Shown here: in pieces, positions 53,087 through 61,131 of the stretch
How positions within the stretch are numbered: the first letter of the stretch is position 1
Layout of the letters: every line of letters starts with the position of its first letter
NCBI GenBank assembly: GCA_900755035.1
Contig: CAAEEZ010000014.1
Location: 16,863 to 80,862, forward strand
DNA from: Clostridia bacterium
GTDB taxonomy: Bacteria > Bacillota > Clostridia > Christensenellales > CAAEEZ01
Length of the DNA: 64,000 nucleotides
Direction: 5' to 3'
Position numbers and translations under genes: made by a program
The notes under the pieces: model-generated
What the model was told of the DNA's origin: nothing
Seen by the model: only the letters and a program-made list of their open reading frames with translations
Database searches by the model: none

Positions 53087-53770
53087 ATGAAAAAAGGTAA
53101 AAATTACGTTGATTCTGTAAAACTAATCGACAAAACCAAACAATATACGGAAAGTGAGGCAATGGAAGTAGTACTTCAAACTGCAAAAGCAAAGTTTGAC
53201 GAAACTATCGAACTTCACGTAAGACTAGGCGTTGACCCTCGTCACGCTGACCAACAAGTTCGTGGCGTAGTAGTACTACCTAACGGAACCGGTAAATCTG
53301 TTAAAGTTTTAGTTCTTGCAAAAGGACCACAAGCAGATGCAGCAGTAGCAGCAGGTGCTGATTACGTTGGCGGTGAAGAACTTATACCTAAAATCGAAGG
53401 CGGTTGGGTAGATTACGACGTTGTAGTTACCACCCCTGATATGATGAGATTCGTTGGTAAATTAGGTCGTGTGTTAGGTCCTAAGGGCTTGATGCCAAAC
53501 CCTAAGAGTGGTACTGTTACTATGGACGTAGCAAAAGCAATCAACGAGATTAAAGCAGGTAAAGTTGAGTACAGAGTAGATAAATCTGCTATAATTCACT
53601 GTCCTATCGGGAAGAAGTCTTTCGGACAAGAAAAACTTGTTGAAAACTATACTACTTTGATGGATGCTATTATCAAGGCTAAGCCAGCAGCAGCAAAAGG
53701 TCAATACGTAAAATCTATCAGCCTTTCTAGCACGATGGGCCCTGGTGTAAAAGTAACTTATAGAGGTTAA
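53087..53770 (+). CDS. rplA: 50S ribosomal protein L1
   Basis: It is 227 aa with the motifs [20 protein letters not shown] and [10 protein letters not shown]. Confidence 0.98.
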   Translation: MKKGKNYVDSVKLIDKTKQYTESEAMEVVLQTAKAKFDETIELHVRLGVDPRHADQQVRGVVVLPNGTGKSVKVLVLAKGPQADAAVAAGADYVGGEELIPKIEGGWVDYDVVVTTPDMMRFVGKLGRVLGPKGLMPNPKSGTVTMDVAKAINEIKAGKVEYRVDKSAIIHCPIGKKSFGQEKLVENYTTLMDAIIKAKPAAAKGQYVKSISLSSTMGPGVKVTYRG

Positions 53771-53774
53771 TTGC

Positions 53775-53803
53775 TTGACAAAAGTTTGGTAATTATCTAT
53801 AAT
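53775..53803 (+). promoter_or_regulatory. Consensus sigma-A promoter for rplJL
   Basis: TTGACA (53775..53780), a 17-nt spacer, then TATAAT (53798..53803). Both hexamers are perfect. Confidence 0.65.
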
Positions 53804-53953
53804 AATAAAGAATTTAATATCCAAAGACCGTAAGCGCCTTAGGGCATAATAGATACTTACCGAGGAAACAAGTAAAGTAGCATTGTGCCTTATTCGGTCT
53901 TTTGAATAAGGCACTATTTATTTTGAAATAACAAATTTATATAGGAGGTAACG
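53804..53953 (+). promoter_or_regulatory. rplJ (L10) leader with terminator-like attenuator hairpin
   Basis: This is a 150-nt leader. It contains GTGCCTTATTC-GGTCTTTT-GAATAAGGCAC (53885..53914) followed by a T-rich tract (to 53924). That is consistent with the Firmicute L10(L12)4-responsive leader. Confidence 0.5.
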
Positions 53954-54445
53954 ATGTCAGCAGCATTAGAAAACAAAAAGCAAGTTGTAGAAGAAATTAA
54001 ACAAAAGATTCAAAATGCTAAGTCTTTGGTTTTGGTTGACTACAAGGGAATCAACGTTATAGACGACACCGAACTGCGTAAAAAATGCAGAGAAGCAGGC
54101 GTTGAATATAAAGTTTTGAAGAACAGACTTGTTAAAATTGCGTTCAATGATTTGGGAATTAACGACTTTGACAGTTATCTAGAAGGTACTACCGCTATTG
54201 CGTTTGCTAACGGCGACGAAATGCAAGCAGCAAAAATAATGGTAGAGTCGGCTAAAACTATTAAGGCATTAGAGACCAAATGTGGTATGTTCGAGGGTAA
54301 ATTTATCGACAAAGCAGGTGTTGAGGCTATTTCAGCAATTCCTGGAAGAGAAGTTTTACTTGGACAATTATGTGGTTTGTTGAAGAGCGGATTAAGCGGA
54401 CTAGCAGTCGCTTTGAAACAAGTAGCAGAGCAAAAAGCAGAATAA
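53954..54445 (+). CDS. rplJ: 50S ribosomal protein L10
   Basis: 163 aa with typical L10 sequence (LVDYKGINV..TELR), immediately upstream of rplL. Confidence 0.95.
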   Translation: MSAALENKKQVVEEIKQKIQNAKSLVLVDYKGINVIDDTELRKKCREAGVEYKVLKNRLVKIAFNDLGINDFDSYLEGTTAIAFANGDEMQAAKIMVESAKTIKALETKCGMFEGKFIDKAGVEAISAIPGREVLLGQLCGLLKSGLSGLAVALKQVAEQKAE

Positions 54446-54473
54446 TTATTAGAAATTTTTGGAGGATATAAAA

Positions 54474-54848
54474 ATGGCAGATATTGCAAAAATGATAGAA
54501 GAAATTAAAGGTATGACCGTTATGGAACTTAACGATTTTGTTAAGGCAATCGAAGAAGAGTTTGGCGTTAGCGCAGCAGCTATGGCAGTAGCAGCTCCAG
54601 CAGCAGGTGGTGCAGCAGCTCCAGCAGCAGAAGAGAAAACCGAGTTTGACGTAGTTCTAAAAGAAGTTGGTGACCAAAAGATTAAGGTTATCAAAGTTGT
54701 TAGAGAAGTTACCGGCTTGCCTCTAGGCGATGCTAAAGCATTAGTAGACGGCGCTCCTTCAACCATTAAAGAAGCAGTTGCTAAAGAAGCAGCAGACGAG
54801 ATGGTTGCTAAATTCAAGGAAGTTGGCGCTACTATCGAACTTAAATAA
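54474..54848 (+). CDS. rplL: 50S ribosomal protein L7/L12
   Basis: I place the start at ATG 54474 ([12 protein letters not shown]...). The upstream TTGGAGGA at the track start (54459) is the RBS. The protein has an Ala-rich hinge and ends C-terminally in ...GATIELK. Confidence 0.95.
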   Translation: MADIAKMIEEIKGMTVMELNDFVKAIEEEFGVSAAAMAVAAPAAGGAAAPAAEEKTEFDVVLKEVGDQKIKVIKVVREVTGLPLGDAKALVDGAPSTIKEAVAKEAADEMVAKFKEVGATIELK

Positions 54849-54870
54849 TTTACCTAATAAATTTGTTAAA

Positions 54871-54897
54871 AAGACCACGAGAGTGGTCTTTTTTTAT
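54871..54897 (+). terminator. Rho-independent terminator after rplL
   Basis: AAGACCAC-GAGA-GTGGTCTT hairpin followed by T7. Confidence 0.8.
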
Positions 54898-54993
54898 TGC
54901 TAATTTTACGATAGCATAAGTCTGCGTAATTATAGGCATAAGTATTTGTAGTTAAATATTTAAGTCAATTATTTGATATATTTATCTATCTCC

Positions 54994-55022
54994 TTGATTT
55001 TTATTATTTTTTCTAATAAAAT
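54994..55022 (+). promoter_or_regulatory. Promoter of paralog 2 (TTGATT-N17-TAAAAT)
   Basis: TTGATT (54994..54999), a 17-nt spacer and TAAAAT (55017..55022) are followed by AAAGACACACAAGGAGAGTGTCTTTATG. This is nearly identical to the region upstream of 27882 on the minus strand. Confidence 0.55.
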
Positions 55023-55047
55023 AAAGACACACAAGGAGAGTGTCTTT

Positions 55048-55602
55048 ATGAACAAATTTATTCGTAATAAAAACTATAAGTATTTTAATTTAATGCTTTG
55101 CATTATCTTGTTTTTATTTGCAATGCTAATTATTTTTACACCTATTATTAAATCGCAATTTATAATTTATACAAATACAGTAGAGGGTGGAGGTTCTTTG
55201 TATAATTTTTGGGACTTTTTAATTACCAATAATCTACTAGTAAACTCAACTTATTCTCTAACCTTAACTACTTTTGTATTAGTTGTACTTATTTTAATAT
55301 TTGTAGTAGTAAAAATATTTATTAATTTCTTTATCTTTGATTTTGGAATTAGCATATTATCATTAACTACACTAATTTTATGTACAAAAAATATTGAGCT
55401 AAATACTTTCTATGTTGATTCTCCATTGAATATCTCTAATTACTCTTGGTCTCCAAGCATAGCCTTTTATTTATTGATACTACTTACTATACTCACCTTA
55501 ATTCTAGGTATTATTAACTTAAGATATATTCACACAGTTCCTATCTTTAATTTTTTTTGTAATTCAAAATATCAAAGTAAAAAGAAAAGAATACAAGAAT
55601 AG
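55048..55602 (+). CDS. Multi-pass membrane protein (paralog 2 of a pair), lacking the coiled-coil tail
   Basis: 184 aa counted from MNKFIRNKNYKYFN. The topology is similar to paralog 1, and the YFN and YSLTL motifs are shared. The track ORF start at 54973 reads through the promoter and leader. Confidence 0.6.
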   Translation: MNKFIRNKNYKYFNLMLCIILFLFAMLIIFTPIIKSQFIIYTNTVEGGGSLYNFWDFLITNNLLVNSTYSLTLTTFVLVVLILIFVVVKIFINFFIFDFGISILSLTTLILCTKNIELNTFYVDSPLNISNYSWSPSIAFYLLILLTILTLILGIINLRYIHTVPIFNFFCNSKYQSKKKRIQE

Positions 55603-55642
55603 TACAACAAGTACAAGAATTACAAGATAAAATAAATAATTA

Positions 55643-55667
55643 AGAGTAGCAAACGCTACTCTTTTTT
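55643..55667. terminator. Terminator hairpin between convergent genes
   Basis: AGAGTAGC-AAAC-GCTACTCT hairpin followed by T6 on the plus strand. The minus-strand side is A/T-rich. Confidence 0.65.
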
Positions 55668-55704
55668 GATGATATATTTAATTGTAGTTTGCTTGTAGTA
55701 GCAA

Positions 55705-56016
55705 CTATTTTTTCTTTTTCTTCGTTACGCAACCCGTTTTTATCATGCCGTCGTCTACTTTTATATATTCGTTACAGCAAGCGCAATAGGCGTTGTAAGA
55801 GCAATGGTCGTTTTCGCATTTGATATCAGTGGAAAAGTCGATTGCGTTGTAGTCGTCGCCTGCTTCTATGTCGGCAAAAGATTGCGCAAGTATTCCACCA
55901 GCACGTTTTTTCCTAGATAAACAGCTGCCTTTTTCGTCAAAATTTACCATACTTGCAGTGCATTTAGAACAAATATTATGTTCGCAATTTTCAGTATAAC
56001 ATTCAATTTTAGTCAT
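55705..56016 (-). CDS. DUF1540 domain protein (two Cys-rich repeats)
   Basis: IECYTENCEHNICSKCTASMVNF and IKCENDHCSYNAYCACCNEYIKV match the DUF1540 pattern, which is common in spore-forming Firmicutes. Confidence 0.65.
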   Translation of the reverse strand: MTKIECYTENCEHNICSKCTASMVNFDEKGSCLSRKKRAGGILAQSFADIEAGDDYNAIDFSTDIKCENDHCSYNAYCACCNEYIKVDDGMIKTGCVTKKKKK

Positions 56017-56121
56017 ATTAGCCTCCTACTTGATTATTATTTACAAGGCGGAAAGTTTTATACAAAAATTATTCTTGAAAAAATAGCGGTTTTATGGTAT
56101 ATTTACAAGTAGAGGTGCATT

Positions 56122-56562
56122 ATGAAAGTTTTATTGTTACAAGACGTAAAAGGACAAGGAAAAAAAGGCGAATTAGTTGACGTAAACGACGGATACGCAA
56201 GAAACTTTTTACTAAAAAAGAAACTTGGCGTAGAGGCAACTAACGACGTTATGAATACTTATAAACAAAAGAAAGCGAGCGACGACAAACGTCGTGAAAA
56301 GGAAATAGCCGAGGCAAGAGAACTAGTTGAAAGATTTAAGACGATGGAAGTAACCGTAAAGGCTAAGTGTGGCGACGGCAAAATGTACGGAAGCATTACG
56401 GCAAAAGATATTGCGGACGCACTAACTACTTACGGTATCGAACTAGACAAGAAGAAAATCGTGCTAAAAGAGAATATAAAGGCGCTAGGCAGATACGAAC
56501 TAGAAGTGAAAGTTTACGCTAATATCAGCGGAAAATTGACGATAAATGTTGTTGCAGAGTAA
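56122..56562 (+). CDS. rplI: 50S ribosomal protein L9
   Basis: [30 protein letters not shown]... Confidence 0.95.
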   Translation: MKVLLLQDVKGQGKKGELVDVNDGYARNFLLKKKLGVEATNDVMNTYKQKKASDDKRREKEIAEARELVERFKTMEVTVKAKCGDGKMYGSITAKDIADALTTYGIELDKKKIVLKENIKALGRYELEVKVYANISGKLTINVVAE

Positions 56563-57301
56563 TTTTGTAAAAGAAGGCGAAAGAATAGACGATTTGCAGT
56601 ATGACGGGTTAAAGATTATTCAAAACCCGTCTTTATATTGTTTTACGTCAGACGCAGTACTGCTAGCGAATATGGTGAAAGCAAACCATAAGGACGTGGT
56701 GTGCGACCTTGGTACAGGCAGTGGCATAATTGCAACGATAGTTGCTACGAAAACGAACTGCAAAAAGGTGTACGGCGTGGAGTTGCAAGCCTATATGAGC
56801 GATATGGCGTCAAGAAGCGTAAAAATGAACGGGCTAGAAGATAGGATTGAAATAATCAATTCGCCTATGCAAAACGCCACGGAAATATTAGGCAAAGAGA
56901 GTTGTTCGGTGGTTGTGTGCAACCCGCCGTATCAAAAGGTAGGGGCTGGCGAAAAACAACTAAAAGAAGAGATTGCAATATCCCGTCACGAAGTGAAAGT
57001 TACCCTTGAAGAAATAGTTACGTCGGCGTGTAATTTGCTAAAATACGGTGGTAAATTTTATATAATTCACCAAACAAAAAGAATGGCGGAACTAATTTAT
57101 CTATTAGAAAAACACGACCTTAGGGTGAAAAAAATCACTATGATACAGCCAAAGGCAAATAAAAACGTGGATACGGTGATAGTAGAGGCAACGAAAAACG
57201 GAAAAGTGGGACTTATTGTCCCACCGCCACTTGTCGTATTTAACGACGACGGCACGCCAACTAGCACGGCGGAGAGTATTTATAGAAATGACGAAAGGTA
57301 A
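56546..57301 (+). CDS. Class I SAM-dependent N6-adenine methyltransferase (YabB/TrmN6-like)
   Basis: It has the SAM-binding motif [10 protein letters not shown] and the catalytic NPPY motif (VVCNPPYQK). It sits upstream of rsmI, as yabB does in Bacillus. Confidence 0.75.
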   Translation: MLLQSNFVKEGERIDDLQYDGLKIIQNPSLYCFTSDAVLLANMVKANHKDVVCDLGTGSGIIATIVATKTNCKKVYGVELQAYMSDMASRSVKMNGLEDRIEIINSPMQNATEILGKESCSVVVCNPPYQKVGAGEKQLKEEIAISRHEVKVTLEEIVTSACNLLKYGGKFYIIHQTKRMAELIYLLEKHDLRVKKITMIQPKANKNVDTVIVEATKNGKVGLIVPPPLVVFNDDGTPTSTAESIYRNDER

Positions 57302-58094
57302 ATTATATTTGGTGGCAACGCCGATAGGCAATATGGAAGATATAACCCTAAGGGCTATAAGAACGCTTAAAGAAGTGGATATTATTGCTTGCGAAGATAC
57401 TAGGCACTCGTTGCCACTATTAACACATTACGAGATAAAAAAACCGCTTGTAAGCTATTACAAACAAAAGGAACAAGAGGGTAGCGAGTATATTTTGTCC
57501 AAACTTGAAGAAGGGCAAAACGTGGCGCTTATTAGCGATGCAGGAATGTGTTGTATCAGCGATCCAGGGGCAGTTTTGGTACAAAAAGCGTGGGAAAACG
57601 GCTACGAAGTAACGGTAGTACCAGGACCGTCGGCAGTAGTAAGTGCGTTTGCCCTTAGTGGAATAACCGAAAGCACGGGTTTTTGTTTTTTGGGATTTTT
57701 GCCACAGCAATTAAAGGCAAGAAAAACGCTACTAGCAAAATACAAAAACGTAGACGTTCCACTCGTTTTTTACGAGTCGCCACACGATATTTTGAAAGAT
57801 TGCGAGTTTTTGCTTGAAGAACTAGGCGACAGGGAAATCGTGATAGTAAAAGAGATAACCAAAATATACGAAAAAGTGATTAAATGCAAATTGTCTAGCG
57901 TTGAAATTGAAAACGCTAAGGGCGAATTCGTGCTTATAGTAAAACCACGTGAGCAAGGGTACGAGATGAGCATTGAGGAGCATTTAATGGGTTATATTGA
58001 TGCGGGTATGGATAAAAAGTCGGCTGTAAAACAGGTGGCAAAGGATAGAAATATTCCTAAAAACGAAGTGTATCAAGTGGCGTTAAAACTATGA
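57288..58094 (+). CDS. rsmI: 16S rRNA (cytidine1402-2'-O)-methyltransferase
   Basis: I place the start at ATG 57288 behind a GGAGAG RBS. The sequence begins [20 protein letters not shown]...ACEDTR, which is tetrapyrrole-methylase-fold RsmI. Confidence 0.9.
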   Translation: MTKGKLYLVATPIGNMEDITLRAIRTLKEVDIIACEDTRHSLPLLTHYEIKKPLVSYYKQKEQEGSEYILSKLEEGQNVALISDAGMCCISDPGAVLVQKAWENGYEVTVVPGPSAVVSAFALSGITESTGFCFLGFLPQQLKARKTLLAKYKNVDVPLVFYESPHDILKDCEFLLEELGDREIVIVKEITKIYEKVIKCKLSSVEIENAKGEFVLIVKPREQGYEMSIEEHLMGYIDAGMDKKSAVKQVAKDRNIPKNEVYQVALKL

Positions 58095-58903
58095 AAGAGT
58101 TGTTTGAACTAATAGATTCTTATATAAATAAGGACGAATATTTTATAATAAACACGGGCGAAAAAAGCGTGTTAATTGCTTGTTTTCCATACGTGCCGTA
58201 CGAAAAATGCGATAAATATCACGGGGCGATAGACGCCTACTACTATACTTCGAACGAAAGTTACTTTTTGGTAAAAGAATTGATAGGTAAAATTAACGAA
58301 ATGGGCATAAATGCTGAATTTTCCAAAGAGTACGTAAAACCGTTGGTGGTAAAAGCAAATTTTGGCGAAAAATTAAAAAGTAGCCTTGTGGCAGTGCAAA
58401 AGTACGGCACGAGAGTAGTTTTTCAAGCAGTAGACGTGTATTTAAGGGTGGAGAAACTAGGCAGTTACAAAAGCAAAAATTTGTGCGACGGCTGTGATAA
58501 ATGCGTGGTTGCTTGCCCTAATAATGCGCTAGAACAAGGGTTTAATAGGGCGAAATGCCTTAGGAATTTTCAGGATTTAACGGACCTTGGTGAACCTAGC
58601 GAGAAAAGAGCGCAACAAAATAGGATAATTGGTTGTGATACTTGTCAAAGGGTTTGCCCGTATAATAAGGAAGTAGCCGAAAAGCCTATTCCTAGTGAAC
58701 TTTACGAGTTTTGCAAACTAGAAAACCTATTAGAAAAGTCAAGGGAAGGACGAAAATCGCTAGATTTTTTGGAAAAGTACGTAGGCAAAAACTTTCTTAG
58801 GGTAAATAGAATTAGGCGAATGACGGTAAACGCAATACTTAATTCGGGAAGCGAAGGGCTAGTAGAAAAACTAACTAAGGAAGAAAAAGAAGGTAATTTT
58901 TAG
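58091..58903 (+). CDS. 4Fe-4S double-cluster protein, epoxyqueuosine reductase (QueG)-like but short
   Basis: CDGCDKCVVACPNNAL and IIGCDTCQRVCPYN match the two QueG ferredoxin motifs (GCDxCQxVCPxN). At 270 aa it is shorter than the typical ~380 aa. It has an ATGA overlap with rsmI. Confidence 0.5.
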   Translation: MKELFELIDSYINKDEYFIINTGEKSVLIACFPYVPYEKCDKYHGAIDAYYYTSNESYFLVKELIGKINEMGINAEFSKEYVKPLVVKANFGEKLKSSLVAVQKYGTRVVFQAVDVYLRVEKLGSYKSKNLCDGCDKCVVACPNNALEQGFNRAKCLRNFQDLTDLGEPSEKRAQQNRIIGCDTCQRVCPYNKEVAEKPIPSELYEFCKLENLLEKSREGRKSLDFLEKYVGKNFLRVNRIRRMTVNAILNSGSEGLVEKLTKEEKEGNF

Positions 58904-58943
58904 GTCGAATATCGACAAAATGCGATACGACCTAATTTTTTTT
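58902..58943 (+). terminator. Rho-independent terminator
   Basis: AGGTCG..TATCG / CGATA-CGACCT composite stem followed by T8. Confidence 0.55.
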
Positions 58944-59002
58944 AATCTTTTTTGGTAAAATTCGCAACTAAATAGGTGCTAATATGGTAGTCGAGGTGAA
59001 AG

Positions 59003-60220
59003 ATGCTGGACTTAATAAATAAAAAATTTGCCTGCGACTGTGGAAAAACGCACGACTTAGATACGGAAATTTTAACTGCTAAGGGAGATATAGATAAAAT
59101 ATATTTAATGCTAAAAAAGTACTACGCCGTATCTAGAATTGCGATTGTGTACGACGTAGCAGTTAGCGAGTGGGCGCAAAAGGTGTTGGAAAACTTAGTA
59201 GAAAACTCCTTTGATATAAGTGAGATTTGCTACGAAAAACTGACGTACGCAAGAAAAGCCGATGCCGAAAAACTGATAAATTTACCCGAAAACGTAAGGT
59301 TTATTATAGGTATAGGCAGTGGCAGTATTGCTACGGTGGTTAGATACGCATCAATGGTACGTGGCAACGATTACGGGCTGGTAGCAACTGCGCCGTCTAC
59401 GGATAGTTACCTTGATAATTACGCAGTTTTTGGCGATAAGGTGGAGGCGTGTAGGTCTCCAAAGTTCGTGATTGCCGACGAGACGGTGTATCAAAAGAGC
59501 AAAGAATACCTTACGGCTAGTGGAATAGGGGCAGTTTTTAGCAAATTTCTTACGATTTTTATGCTGAAATATAGAAAGGCAATATTTAAGGAAAAATATT
59601 GCAACACGGTAGTTAGCGATATGGAAAAACTGCTATTAGGCTTTGTGAAAGAATACGAAACGTCTAATAATCAAAGCAAATTTTTAATGGAAACGCTAAT
59701 TAAACTTTCACTTGCAAAAAATTATTTGTCGGTAAACGTAAATTCGGGCGAGATAACGGCGTATCTACTATCTGCCTCGAAGGAAAGCCGATTTTACGGT
59801 GAAAATCTGTTTTTGGCAAGTTACCTTGTGGTTAGTCTATATCAGTCCTATTTAAGTGGAAATTTCGACGATACGCTGATACCTGCCGACTACGTAAAAG
59901 GACTTAAACTTTTAAGTTATCAACTTAACGAAGAATATAATTATTCTAAGGAAAAATTTAGGGGATATAAGGAAACGAACGTTACTGCCGTTGGCTATCT
60001 AATAAAAGAATATAGGGGAGATTTTATAAAGTTTTTGCAAATTGATACGGACGAATGGGCAAAAGCGTTTAGAAGGTGCTACTATGACGCTGGTTTTTGG
60101 CTTAGGGGGTATTTGTCGGCAAGCGATTTGCTGAAAGTATTGTCCTTGTCCGGCCTAATTGCTAAGGACAGTTTGCTTGGCTACGTGAAAGAAACGGGAT
60201 TTATGGAAGATATGCTATAA
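59003..60220 (+). CDS. Glycerol-1-phosphate dehydrogenase / iron-ADH superfamily-like protein, probably non-catalytic
   Basis: IIGIGSGSIATVVRYAS....LVATAPSTDS resembles the AraM/EgsA nucleotide-binding core (GxGSGxxxD/V...TAPSxDG). The whole 405-aa protein contains a single His, at residue 17. Confidence 0.45.
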   Translation: MLDLINKKFACDCGKTHDLDTEILTAKGDIDKIYLMLKKYYAVSRIAIVYDVAVSEWAQKVLENLVENSFDISEICYEKLTYARKADAEKLINLPENVRFIIGIGSGSIATVVRYASMVRGNDYGLVATAPSTDSYLDNYAVFGDKVEACRSPKFVIADETVYQKSKEYLTASGIGAVFSKFLTIFMLKYRKAIFKEKYCNTVVSDMEKLLLGFVKEYETSNNQSKFLMETLIKLSLAKNYLSVNVNSGEITAYLLSASKESRFYGENLFLASYLVVSLYQSYLSGNFDDTLIPADYVKGLKLLSYQLNEEYNYSKEKFRGYKETNVTAVGYLIKEYRGDFIKFLQIDTDEWAKAFRRCYYDAGFWLRGYLSASDLLKVLSLSGLIAKDSLLGYVKETGFMEDML

Positions 60221-60270
60221 ATGGGCGTCGATTAGTTGTATTTTAGCCCTACCTATTGTAAAATAAAGGT

Positions 60271-61059
60271 ATGAAGAATATTAACGAAGTAGAATTATTT
60301 TTGCTAGATTTAGACGGAACGGTATATCTTGGGAGTAACGAAATAGACGGTGCGTTTGATGCCGTAAATACCCTTAGAAAACAGGGCAAAAGGATATGTT
60401 TTTTAACTAACAACTCGTCAAAGTCGCAGGTTGCCTACGAAGAAAAGTTGAATAATATGGGGCTAACCGTTACAAGCGACGAAATATATACGAGTGGTAT
60501 GGCGGCGGCTGAGTTTTTGAACAAAAAGTACTTTGGCAAAAAGGTTTTCGTGCTAGGAACGGAGGCTTTGAAGCAGGAGTTAATTAGTTACAACGTGCCA
60601 CTTAGCGATTATGTAGATGCAGAGGTTGCGCTACTGGGCTTTGATACGGGGCTAATTTACGACAACTTATACAAGTTTTGTTTATTACTGCAAAGAGGGG
60701 CTGAATACGTAGCAACGCACCCTGATAACGTATGCCCAGCGCCACTTGGGGATATGCCCGATGCAGGTTCGTTTATAAAAATGATAGAAGTGGCTACGGG
60801 TAGAGTGCCCGACTACGTATGTGGCAAGCCGTACTCGGTAATGGCAAATTGCATTAAGGATAGGTTTAACTTGAAAAGTAATCAAATTGCTATGGTAGGT
60901 GATAGGCTGTATACGGATATTGCTTTTGGCATAAACAACGATTTTTATTCAGTTTTGGTGCTTAGCGGCGAAACCGACCAAAAGATGCTAGAAAAGAGCG
61001 ATTTGTCGCCTAGTTTGGTAATTCCGTCGATAAAAGAATTGCCACAAAAAATAAAATAA
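60271..61059 (+). CDS. HAD-IIA family phosphatase (NagD/AraL-like)
   Basis: The HAD motifs are FLLDLDGTVY (motif I), FLTNNSS (motif II), K at GKP, and MVGDRLYTDI (motif IV). Confidence 0.85.
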   Translation: MKNINEVELFLLDLDGTVYLGSNEIDGAFDAVNTLRKQGKRICFLTNNSSKSQVAYEEKLNNMGLTVTSDEIYTSGMAAAEFLNKKYFGKKVFVLGTEALKQELISYNVPLSDYVDAEVALLGFDTGLIYDNLYKFCLLLQRGAEYVATHPDNVCPAPLGDMPDAGSFIKMIEVATGRVPDYVCGKPYSVMANCIKDRFNLKSNQIAMVGDRLYTDIAFGINNDFYSVLVLSGETDQKMLEKSDLSPSLVIPSIKELPQKIK

Positions 61060-61131
61060 TAAAAACATATTTATAAATTTAGTTTGACATTTATTATATA
61101 ATAATATATTTTTAATATATTAGGAGTTACA

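Noticed and set aside
51701-54817. Antisense ORFs over secE (51701..52048), the rplK leader and start (52555..52791), rplA and the L10 leader (53474..53914), and rplJ/rplL (54175..54489, 54449..54817).
   Set aside because: They mirror ribosomal protein genes (for example, the Ala-rich antisense of the L7/L12 hinge). They are not credible coding regions.
27882-55048. The idea that inverting the segment between the two paralogs would restore the canonical rplKAJL-rpoBC-rpsLG order.
   Set aside because: Working it through, a simple inversion flips the whole block but keeps rpoBC and rplJL at opposite ends. It does not regenerate the canonical order, so the repeats can at most mark a breakpoint.
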